Notes under the pieces: generated by a model
The model's database searches: none
The model's input: only the letters and a program-made list of their open reading frames with translations
Told to the model about the DNA's origin: nothing
Part shown: piece by piece, positions 18,986 through 26,298 of the stretch
Position numbering within the stretch: the stretch's first letter is position 1
Layout of the letters: each line of letters opens with the position of its first letter
Position numbers and translations under genes: made by a program
From: a virus
Taxonomy: Duplodnaviria > Caudoviricetes
Length of the DNA: 27,847 nt
Direction: 5' to 3' (one strand)
Virus record (IMG/VR): IMGVR_UViG_3300009434_000025
Location: 1-27,847 of that record

Positions 18986-19288
18986 ATGAGAAAGAAAAGA
19001 AAAGATAGAAACTACGTTTTATACCGTGTGACGATCGGAGCCGACACATATATCGGTCTCACGGTTTCCCAAGGCCGAGCATTTTGGAAATCCGTTAAGA
19101 TTCGTGTTCAGAAACACATCTCTCGGGCAATGAAGGAAAACAAGGACTGGACGATGTGCAATGTCATTCGTGCAACAAATGAAACCATCTACTACGAGGT
19201 TCTTGAAGTTATTCGTGGTCGCAAGCCGGCTTATGGCCGCGAGAGAGAACTCATCTCAGAGTTAAATCCATCGCTCAATGATTTTTAA
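18986..19288 (+). CDS. small stand-alone GIY-YIG nuclease-fold protein
   Basis: VLY...YIG.T, R..KH, conserved Glu in RERELI and terminal P.LN; basic N-terminus MRKKRKDR; no C-terminal DNA-binding domain. Confidence 0.78.
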   Translation: MRKKRKDRNYVLYRVTIGADTYIGLTVSQGRAFWKSVKIRVQKHISRAMKENKDWTMCNVIRATNETIYYEVLEVIRGRKPAYGRERELISELNPSLNDF

Positions 19289-19367
19289 TATGTTGACTAT
19301 CAATGACTTATCAATTTTTGCAGAGATGAATTATACATATCATAACTCGTTGATACTCAAAGACTTA
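19286..19367. promoter_or_regulatory. palindrome pair 2
   Basis: TAATATGTTGACTATCAATGACTTA (19286-19310) and TAACTCGTTGATACTCAAAGACTTA (19343-19367); starts 57 bp apart. Confidence 0.8.
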
Positions 19368-19373
19368 AAACCC

Positions 19374-19401
19374 TTTACAAATCCACAGAACCTGATATAA
19401 T
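19374..19401 (+). promoter_or_regulatory. sigma70-type early promoter with extended -10
   Basis: TTTACA (19374-19379) - 16 nt - TATAAT (19396-19401) preceded by TGn. Confidence 0.85.
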
Positions 19402-19417
19402 ATATATACGATTAATT

Positions 19418-21595
19418 ATGAATTACGAACTCCAATCCACCCTCGCCCGCCTTCTAGCCAAAGAGAACATTACTGTGACCCACGGCAACATGAAGACCGC
19501 AATGTTTGATGTTAAGAATCGTGTTCTTGGTTTGCCCATGTGGAAAAATAAGAGCAAAGATGTTTATGATATGTTGGTCGGACACGAAGTTGGTCACGCC
19601 CTTTATACGCCCTCAGAAGGAATCGAAGAATTCCGCAGAAAGTGTGGCGACATTCCATTTGATGTATGCAACATCGTTGAAGATATTCGAATCGAACGAA
19701 TGATTCAAGATACCTATCCTGGCTTGCCGCGAGTATTTAAAAAGGCTTATACAGAATTGGTCGAAGATGACTTCTTTGGCACCAAGAAAAAGAACATAGC
19801 CGAATGTGGCTTTCTTGACCGCCTCAATCTACGAGGCAAAGTTGGTTCACTCTTAGCTATTCCTTTGAATGACGATGAAGAGGTGATTTATCAAAAGTGC
19901 CTTATGGCTGAGACCTTCGATGACGTTATTGAAATTTGTCTAGAGATCAAAGACATGCTTGAGAAAGAGCCGCCGCAACCTCAAAGTGAAGACGCCGACT
20001 CTGCTGAAGACGCCGACTCTGCTGAAGACGCCGACTCTTCTGAAGAAGCCGAAGATTCAGACCCCACGCCGGGCAATGAAGGTGATTCGGAAGACACCGA
20101 TGGTGATTCAGAAACAGATGATGGCGAAGAATCTTTTACTAAGGCTTTCCAAGATGCAATGGAAGATGCGGCGTCTGAAGCCGATACATCCAGTCCCGAT
20201 ATCGAATCTGATTCAGAAGATGAAGAATCGGTCAACACTGATTCAATTCAGAATGAAGGCGCAGGTGACGGCGTATCAAAGCAATTCAAATCAGAAACCC
20301 TTTCAGATTTCGAAGAAAAACTGGAAGAGACCGTCGAGTCGCCCGAGGACAGAAATTTCACATCAGTGATGCTTCCTCGACCGAATTATATTTATGATGC
20401 AATCATTGGTTATGATCAGTTGCAAAAGTCGCGCCTCAAATTTTCTTATACAGCTCTTATGAAAAGCAGGCCTGATTATGCCGCTCAGGTAAATGATAGA
20501 TTCATAACCTTCCGAAAGACAACCAAAAAGAAAGTTGGAACTATGGTTCGTGAATTCGAACAACGCAAAGCGGCTTATCAATACTCTCGTGCGAAAGAAA
20601 GTCGCACAGGCAAATTGGATGTTAATAAGTTACATAACTACAAGTTGACCGACGAGATTTTCCTCTCACAAACTAAGTTGGCTAACTCGAAATCGCACGG
20701 CATGATTTTTCTATTAGACTATTCTGGTTCAATGAGTTCCGTGCTCAAAGATGTGATTGACCAGACTCTCAATTTGGTTACCTTTTGTAAGAAGGTTGGA
20801 ATTCCTTTTCGAGTTTATTCCTTCACAAATACATGGGCAACAGCAACCAAAATGACGACTAAGCCCACATTCAATGAGGTCGATTTAGGTGATGTGCTTC
20901 TTGTAGAACATATCACCAGTGAAATGAATAAAACGAAATATGATGAGGCTTTCAAATCTCTCTGGTGGACAGTGAATAGCTGTGGGGGCAACGCCGGAGA
21001 TTATGATCAACTTGGAGGCACACCATTAGATACTGTATTGACCATGATGCCAACAATCTTGACAGATTTTGCTAAGAAAAATGGAATACAGAAAACCACT
21101 TTTGTTACCTTGACAGACGGTGATAGTGCCCGCCTTAATACTTCACATGAATGGAGTGAGGTGAAGACTTTGAAGAAGATCAAATGCGGTAGTAAGATAC
21201 ACGAAATTCGCAACTACACGGCGACGAATGATCTAATGGAAATGATCAATCAATTGCCTGGTATAAACACTATTGGTTTCTACCTTCCTAATCACAAGAA
21301 AGCAGTAAACAGAATCCTACACCGATTCATTTACAATTCTAAGGATATGCAGAAAGCCAGAAAATTACACGCCAAGAATGGTTTCTCAAGTGTCAAGAAT
21401 CTTGGCTACGGTGCCTATTACATTTTAGATTCAGATGTCGGCATCAATGACAGTGATTTCATTACAAAAATCGATGAAGATGCTGCCAACTCTCGAAAGG
21501 CTCAAACCAAGCTAGCAAAACAGTTCGGCGAGCACAATAGAAAATCCCGGCAAACTAGAGTTCTTCTAACAAGTCTTGCTCAACAAATTGCTTAA
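19418..21595 (+). CDS. HExxH metallopeptidase-like + acidic linker + VWA domain protein (CobT-like MoxR partner)
   Basis: LARLLAKENI, GHEVGHALYTP, NIVEDIRIE; acidic linker; MIDAS motif IFLLDYSGSM, LGGTPL, LTDGD. Confidence 0.85.
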   Translation: MNYELQSTLARLLAKENITVTHGNMKTAMFDVKNRVLGLPMWKNKSKDVYDMLVGHEVGHALYTPSEGIEEFRRKCGDIPFDVCNIVEDIRIERMIQDTYPGLPRVFKKAYTELVEDDFFGTKKKNIAECGFLDRLNLRGKVGSLLAIPLNDDEEVIYQKCLMAETFDDVIEICLEIKDMLEKEPPQPQSEDADSAEDADSAEDADSSEEAEDSDPTPGNEGDSEDTDGDSETDDGEESFTKAFQDAMEDAASEADTSSPDIESDSEDEESVNTDSIQNEGAGDGVSKQFKSETLSDFEEKLEETVESPEDRNFTSVMLPRPNYIYDAIIGYDQLQKSRLKFSYTALMKSRPDYAAQVNDRFITFRKTTKKKVGTMVREFEQRKAAYQYSRAKESRTGKLDVNKLHNYKLTDEIFLSQTKLANSKSHGMIFLLDYSGSMSSVLKDVIDQTLNLVTFCKKVGIPFRVYSFTNTWATATKMTTKPTFNEVDLGDVLLVEHITSEMNKTKYDEAFKSLWWTVNSCGGNAGDYDQLGGTPLDTVLTMMPTILTDFAKKNGIQKTTFVTLTDGDSARLNTSHEWSEVKTLKKIKCGSKIHEIRNYTATNDLMEMINQLPGINTIGFYLPNHKKAVNRILHRFIYNSKDMQKARKLHAKNGFSSVKNLGYGAYYILDSDVGINDSDFITKIDEDAANSRKAQTKLAKQFGEHNRKSRQTRVLLTSLAQQIA
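19988..20041 (+). repeat. 18-bp tandem repeat x3 (EDADSA) in the acidic linker
   Basis: GAAGACGCCGACTCTGCT twice, then GAAGACGCCGACTCTTCT. Confidence 0.9.
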
Positions 21596-21617
21596 CCAAC
21601 GAAGTGAACTGGATGTC

Positions 21618-21699
21618 TAACTCATTGAATATCAATAACTTATCAATTTTTACTAAAGGTTCGAAACAGTCTTGTAACTATTTGATACTCAAAGACTTA
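21618..21699. promoter_or_regulatory. palindrome pair 3
   Basis: TAACTCATTGAATATCAATAACTTA (21618-21642) and TAACTATTTGATACTCAAAGACTTA (21675-21699); starts 57 bp apart. Confidence 0.8.
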
Positions 21700-21705
21700 A
21701 AACCC

Positions 21706-21733
21706 TTTACAAATCCCCAAAACCTGATATAAT
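21706..21733 (+). promoter_or_regulatory. sigma70-type early promoter with extended -10
   Basis: TTTACA (21706-21711) - 16 nt - TATAAT (21728-21733) preceded by TGn. Confidence 0.85.
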
Positions 21734-21751
21734 ATATATATAAGATTGATT

Positions 21752-22954
21752 ATGAAAAATACACTAACAAATGAAAATATCGCCTCCATTCACCAAGTGA
21801 TGGATTTTACTAAAGCCCCGGTCAAAAAAGGAGCCATCGTCGATGCCGGTGAGAGCCTCGGAATTGATCGTTCTAGCATCCATCGAGCTGTTAATTCAAT
21901 GTTTTCGAAAACATCGAAACGAGGTTACTACACCTTTCCTATTTCCCAAGTCACGGGTGAACCAATCATCGCTGATACTCCGATTTCAACGCCGGCAAAA
22001 CCTGCGGCGCCGACTCCAGCTGAGAATTTCAAACTGGCGACCACAGTTTCCTCGGTTGTCGATGATGAGATTCACATTCCAACAGTTGACCGCACATATG
22101 TCAAGTGGGGTGAATTCAAAACCGTGGCTGATATTCTTGCCGCCGGCATTTTCTACCCATTATATATTGAGGGCATGTCTGGAAATGGTAAAACATTCAT
22201 GGTCGAACAAGCCTGTGCAAAAGCAAAGCGTGAATATATTCGAGTTCAGATTTCGCCTGAGACGGATGAAGATGATCTTATCGGTGGTTTTCGACTTATC
22301 AATGGCGAGACAATCTATCAAAAAGGTCCCGTAGTCAAGGCTATGGAACGTGGAGCAGTTCTACTGGTTGATGAAATTGACCGTTCGACTAACAAGATCA
22401 TGTGCCTCCAAGGGGTTCTTGAGGGCAATCCTGTTCTTCTAAAGAAGACCGGTGAAGTCATTACTCCAGCTCGAGGTTTTACAGTTATTGCCACCGCAAA
22501 TACTAAAGGTCGTGGCTCTGATGATGGCCGATACACCGCGGCAACGATTATCGATGATGCTTTCCTAGAGCGTTTCGTAGCCACAATCGAACAGGAATAT
22601 CCTGCCCCCGGCACTGAGAAAAAGATTTTGGTTAAACACGCCGAAAAATACGAAGTGAATGACCCAGAGTTTATCGATAAGCTGGTCGCCTGGTCAAATG
22701 TGATTCGTAAAACATTCGCTGATGAAGCCGTGGATGAAGTGATTTCCACTCGCCGTCTCTGCCACATTATAAAGAGCCATTCCATTTTCGCCAATCGCAT
22801 GAAATCGATTGAGATGTGCATCAACCGTTTCGACTCTGAGACCAAGGAAGCCTTCCTTGACCTATACACGAAGATCGATGAGTCCGCTAATTTAGAGGAA
22901 TTCACTCAAGAGAAAGAATTTGCCTCCGAGGCTGACAACCACGACATGCCATAA
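21752..22954 (+). CDS. MoxR-family AAA+ ATPase (phage 'CobS'-like)
   Basis: Walker A GMSGNGKT, ETDEDDLIGGFRL, GPVVKAMERGAVLLVDEID, IATANTKGRGS, AFLERF, ISTRRL; ATG 21752 preferred to TTG 21746. Confidence 0.9.
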   Translation: MKNTLTNENIASIHQVMDFTKAPVKKGAIVDAGESLGIDRSSIHRAVNSMFSKTSKRGYYTFPISQVTGEPIIADTPISTPAKPAAPTPAENFKLATTVSSVVDDEIHIPTVDRTYVKWGEFKTVADILAAGIFYPLYIEGMSGNGKTFMVEQACAKAKREYIRVQISPETDEDDLIGGFRLINGETIYQKGPVVKAMERGAVLLVDEIDRSTNKIMCLQGVLEGNPVLLKKTGEVITPARGFTVIATANTKGRGSDDGRYTAATIIDDAFLERFVATIEQEYPAPGTEKKILVKHAEKYEVNDPEFIDKLVAWSNVIRKTFADEAVDEVISTRRLCHIIKSHSIFANRMKSIEMCINRFDSETKEAFLDLYTKIDESANLEEFTQEKEFASEADNHDMP

Positions 22955-22959
22955 ACACT

Positions 22960-23032
22960 TTACTATCGAGGGATACGATAGTAATTCATAATCATAATCA
23001 ATCGAGGTGGCGCCCATTACGGGTGTCACCTC
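22960..23032 (+). other. two adjacent hairpins between the ATPase and DUF5664 genes
   Basis: TTACTATCG-N7-CGATAGTAA (22960-22984) and GAGGTGGCGCCC-ATTAC-GGGTGTCACCTC (23004-23032, two G-U pairs); no strong U-tract. Confidence 0.6.
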
Positions 23033-23049
23033 ACTATATCAAATTTTAT

Positions 23050-23442
23050 ATGAAAACAAAACCAACTAACCCAAAAGATTCTTGCGGAATTAAAAAGGTA
23101 CCCATGAGTGGCATGCCTATGAACGTTCTGATGGAAGCAGGACTTGTTAAACTACACGGCGACTTAAAATATGGTCGCTTTAATTGGAGAGAAGCGGGGG
23201 TTCGAGGCTCTGTATATTATGATGCCTCGATTCGCCATTTGGCGGCATGGTATGAAGGTGAAGACATTGACCCAGATTCTGGTGTTCACCATATCGCTCA
23301 TGCAATTTGTGGTTTAGCCGTTCTTCGTGATTCAATGATAAGAGATAATTGGACAGATGATCGCCCGCCACCAAGTGAAGCTGGTTGGATAAAAGAATTT
23401 AACGAGATCGCTGCGAAGATGATCGAAAATAAGCTAAAATAG
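23050..23442 (+). CDS. dATP/dGTP diphosphohydrolase-family protein (DUF5664)
   Basis: TNPKD..G.KK, G..KYG.FNWR..GV..S.Y.DA..RHL.AW.EGED.DPDSG..H.AHA is the family pattern. ATG 23050 preferred to GTG 23023, which lies inside a hairpin. Confidence 0.85.
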   Translation: MKTKPTNPKDSCGIKKVPMSGMPMNVLMEAGLVKLHGDLKYGRFNWREAGVRGSVYYDASIRHLAAWYEGEDIDPDSGVHHIAHAICGLAVLRDSMIRDNWTDDRPPPSEAGWIKEFNEIAAKMIENKLK

Positions 23443-23444
23443 AT

Positions 23445-23472
23445 TTGACATAAAACCATAACCTGATATAGT
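23445..23472 (+). promoter_or_regulatory. sigma70-type promoter for gp45
   Basis: TTGACA (23445-23450) - 16 nt - TATAGT (23467-23472); shares AACCTGATATA with the 19374 and 21706 promoters; ATG 7 nt downstream. Confidence 0.8.
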
Positions 23473-23479
23473 ATATAAC

Positions 23480-24151
23480 ATGAAACTAAGTAATGAAACA
23501 ATAGAGGTGCTAAGAAATTTCGGCGCCATCCAACCAAACATCGTAGTCAGCCCTGGTTCGACTATTTCAACACTGGCAGAGGCAAAACACATCTTGGCTG
23601 AGGCTCAGATCGATCAGACCTTTGATTCTGAATTCGGCATCTATGATGTGAATGAATTCCTTTCTGCTCACAGTCTTATTGAAGACCCCGAGCTAGAATT
23701 CCTTGACAGTCATGTTACTCTGAAATCTGGCTCGGCAAGTGTGAAGTACCACTTTGCTGATAAAGACATCTTAACAAAGAAGACTAAGGATATTAATATG
23801 CCACCGGCTGATATGTCTTTCACATTCACCGAAGCAAATATTAATAATATTCGTAAGGCAGCTTCAAGCCTTAATTTAGATTCTCCAACACTATCACTAA
23901 TTGTTGAAGATGGTAATATTGTAGCCCGAGTCCTTTGTACTCAAAATCCATCTTCCAATAGCTATTCATTGGTCATTGGTAAATATGATGGAGATGATAC
24001 AGAAGCAGATTATCGATTCAACATTGATAACTTGAAACTTATTAGTGGTGACTATAACGTGGATATCAACAACAAACTAATTTCCAACTGGAAACACGAA
24101 ACAGTAAGTGTGCAATACTGGATTGCACTTGATAAAACATCAACAGTATAA
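23480..24151 (+). CDS. gp45: sliding clamp gp45
   Basis: MKLSNETIEVLRNFGAIQPNI, FGIYDVNEFL, NLKLISGDYNV, YWIAL. Confidence 0.93.
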   Translation: MKLSNETIEVLRNFGAIQPNIVVSPGSTISTLAEAKHILAEAQIDQTFDSEFGIYDVNEFLSAHSLIEDPELEFLDSHVTLKSGSASVKYHFADKDILTKKTKDINMPPADMSFTFTEANINNIRKAASSLNLDSPTLSLIVEDGNIVARVLCTQNPSSNSYSLVIGKYDGDDTEADYRFNIDNLKLISGDYNVDINNKLISNWKHETVSVQYWIALDKTSTV

Positions 24152-24155
24152 TAAT

Positions 24156-24383
24156 ATGAGTGAAGAAAACCAAACAGAAGCAGAAGCAGTAAAACCAGAT
24201 GTCAGCCTCAATGATTTTATCGTGATGGTTAAGTTGATTGACATCTGCTCAAAACGTGGAGCATTCGAAGGGCCCGAATTAAAAGATGTTGGTACTCTTC
24301 GAGGCCGACTATCAGAGTTTGTTGAATATCACAAACCCGAAGAGCCAGAGCCAGAAGAAGAGCCAAGCGCCGAAGAAGAATAA
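24156..24383 (+). CDS. small acidic hypothetical protein
   Basis: MSEENQ...LNDF...IDICSKRGAFEGPELKDVG; the RGAF..E..VG pattern recalls small proteins of marine T4-like phages. ATG 24156 preferred to 24108, which is inside gp45. Confidence 0.7.
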   Translation: MSEENQTEAEAVKPDVSLNDFIVMVKLIDICSKRGAFEGPELKDVGTLRGRLSEFVEYHKPEEPEPEEEPSAEEE

Positions 24384-24391
24384 ATGATACT

Positions 24392-24430
24392 ATGGTGGGT
24401 GTTTGAGTGATATCAGACACCCACCATCTT
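24392..24430 (+). terminator. long hairpin, possible terminator or processing site
   Basis: ATGGTGGGTGTTTGA-GTGATA-TCAGACACCCACCAT (15-bp stem, one G-U) followed by a weak CTTAATCTT tail. Confidence 0.6.
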
Positions 24431-24434
24431 AATC

Positions 24435-24463
24435 TTGACCCGCCAGACTTATTACTATATTAT
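24435..24463 (+). promoter_or_regulatory. sigma70-type promoter for gp44-gp62
   Basis: TTGACC (24435-24440) - 17 nt - TATTAT (24458-24463); ATG 7 nt downstream. Confidence 0.7.
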
Positions 24464-24470
24464 ACATTAT

Positions 24471-25412
24471 ATGAAAGAAAATTTACTATGGGTGGAGAAA
24501 TACAGACCTCAAAAGATTGAGGATTGCGTTCTACCACAAAAACTGAAAAAGACATTTACCGAGTTTGTTAAGAATTCCGATATTCCTAATATCATCCTAG
24601 CTGGTCCCGCAGGGACTGGAAAGACTACAATCGCCAGAGCATTGTGTAATGAATTAGGACTTGACTGTCTGCTCATTAATGCCTCGGAGGAAAGTGGTAT
24701 CGACACCCTTCGCAATAAAATTAAGCAGTTTGCTTCTTCAATGTCCCTTGATATGGAAAAGAAGTATAAAGTGGTTATTCTCGATGAGGCTGATTATCTA
24801 AATGCGCAATCTACACAACCTGCGCTACGAGGATTCATTGAAGAGTTTTCTGGTAACTGCCGATTTATTCTTACGTGTAATTTCAAGAATCGTATTATTG
24901 AGCCACTCCATTCTCGATGCACAGTTATTGATTTCAACGAAGTGAAAATCAATGACCCCAAACTGGCTTCGCTCTTTATGAAGCGATTGCAATTCATCTT
25001 GAAAGATCAAGGCATTGAATTCAATAATCAGGCTATTGCCAATCTCATTATGAAACATGCTCCAGACTGGCGCCGTGTTATCAATGAGTGTCAACGTTAC
25101 TCATCGTCTGGCTCACTCTCTCCAGAGATTGTTACTACAGGTGAGAATGAGATCAAGGAGTTGGTGAAGTATCTAAAAGATCGTGACTTTCGACAGATGC
25201 GAGCTTGGGCAGCAGCAAACTCTGACATTGATTCTTCGGTAGTCTTTCGACGGATTTATGATTCAGCATATGACATCCTTGAATCTCAATCGATTCCACC
25301 CGCGATTCTAATCTTGGCTGACTATCAATATAAAGCGGCATTCGTAAGTGACAGAGAATTGAATATGGTTGCGTGTTTAACAGAACTCATGTCCAGCGCA
25401 AAGTGGAAATAA
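24471..25412 (+). CDS. gp44: clamp loader large subunit gp44
   Basis: LWVEKYRPQ, GPAGTGKTT, INASEESGID, ILDEAD, FILTCN, LHSRC; start moved to ATG 24471 because TTG 24435 is the -35 box. Confidence 0.95.
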   Translation: MKENLLWVEKYRPQKIEDCVLPQKLKKTFTEFVKNSDIPNIILAGPAGTGKTTIARALCNELGLDCLLINASEESGIDTLRNKIKQFASSMSLDMEKKYKVVILDEADYLNAQSTQPALRGFIEEFSGNCRFILTCNFKNRIIEPLHSRCTVIDFNEVKINDPKLASLFMKRLQFILKDQGIEFNNQAIANLIMKHAPDWRRVINECQRYSSSGSLSPEIVTTGENEIKELVKYLKDRDFRQMRAWAAANSDIDSSVVFRRIYDSAYDILESQSIPPAILILADYQYKAAFVSDRELNMVACLTELMSSAKWK

Positions 25413-25416
25413 TTAT

Positions 25417-25839
25417 ATGAGTAAATTATCCCCGTTTGATTTCTTAGGTTCAATCAACGAGAAGAAAGGTTATCTCTTCACTGACTGTCAATCTGATAGC
25501 AGTGGAGAGGCAGCCCAATTAGATTCTGTTGATCGTCAATATCCTCCGTTCATGGTGAATCGTGGACTATCATATTTCGTTGATACAGTAATGCTGTCGA
25601 ATGAGATGAATCAAAGATTCGGTCTTGCAAATAAGATGCAATATGATTTCTTATATCACGGCATTAGAAAGAAGCGCAGGTTCTCTAAATGGCACAAGAA
25701 GGAAAAAGATACAAAGGATATTGAATTGATCAAGGAGGCATATTCATATAATCGTGAAAGAGCCGAAGAGGTTTATGACATGATTGATATCAAACAACTT
25801 CGCAAAGATATGGATAAGGGTGGTATGAAAAAAAGATAA
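25417..25839 (+). CDS. gp62: clamp loader small subunit gp62
   Basis: SPFDFLGSIN, YPPFMVNRGLSYF.DT, NEMN, QYDFL, RKKRRFSKW. Confidence 0.9.
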   Translation: MSKLSPFDFLGSINEKKGYLFTDCQSDSSGEAAQLDSVDRQYPPFMVNRGLSYFVDTVMLSNEMNQRFGLANKMQYDFLYHGIRKKRRFSKWHKKEKDTKDIELIKEAYSYNRERAEEVYDMIDIKQLRKDMDKGGMKKR

Positions 25840-25841
25840 TG

Positions 25842-25849
25842 TATAAATA
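25842..25849 (+). promoter_or_regulatory. T4-type late promoter upstream of regA
   Basis: Exact TATAAATA, 26 nt before ATG 25876. Confidence 0.7.
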
Positions 25850-25875
25850 CATTCATAAGATAAACAAATAATACT

Positions 25876-26298
25876 ATGAATGAAGATGACATTATAAAAT
25901 GGACACACGATGATATGCTTGAGGTTCTCTTATCAGAGCCTGATGACTTTCTTAAAATTAAAGAAACACTTACACGAATTGGTGTTTCATCAAAGAAGGA
26001 TCATAATACACTATATCAAAGTTGTCATATATTACATAAACAGGGACGATATTTCATCGTACACTTTAAAGAACTCTTTATGCTTGATGGTAAACCATCG
26101 AACTTCACAAGAGATGATTTGAGTCGCAGGAATACAATTACAACACTATTATCCGATTGGGGTTTACTAAATATCGTTGATGAATCAAAGTCTGAAGAGA
26201 AGACTACATTAAGGAGCATTAAAATCATTTCCCATCGTGATAAAGCGGAGTGGCAGTTAGAATCGAAATATTCGATTGGTAATACTAAAAGCGTTTAA
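25876..26298 (+). CDS. regA: translational repressor RegA
   Basis: EPDDFLKIKETLTRIGV, LYQSCHILHKQGRYFIVHFKELFMLDGK, RRNTI..LL.DWGL. Confidence 0.96.
   Translation: MNEDDIIKWTHDDMLEVLLSEPDDFLKIKETLTRIGVSSKKDHNTLYQSCHILHKQGRYFIVHFKELFMLDGKPSNFTRDDLSRRNTITTLLSDWGLLNIVDESKSEEKTTLRSIKIISHRDKAEWQLESKYSIGNTKSV

Noticed and set aside
18859-21699. Palindromic repeats as a CRISPR array or transposon ends
   Set aside because: The 25-bp repeat with 32-bp spacer is superficially CRISPR-like, but copies occur only as isolated pairs, are degenerate and are locked to promoters. No cas, transposase or integrase gene is in the window.
21843-22905. 163-aa off-frame and 195-aa antisense ORFs within the MoxR ATPase
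   Set aside because: Shadow ORFs in a higher-GC gene; no motifs
19418-22954. Calling these genes cobT/cobS (cobalamin AMGs)
   Set aside because: Only generic MoxR/VWA motifs are visible; no cobN or other cob genes are present
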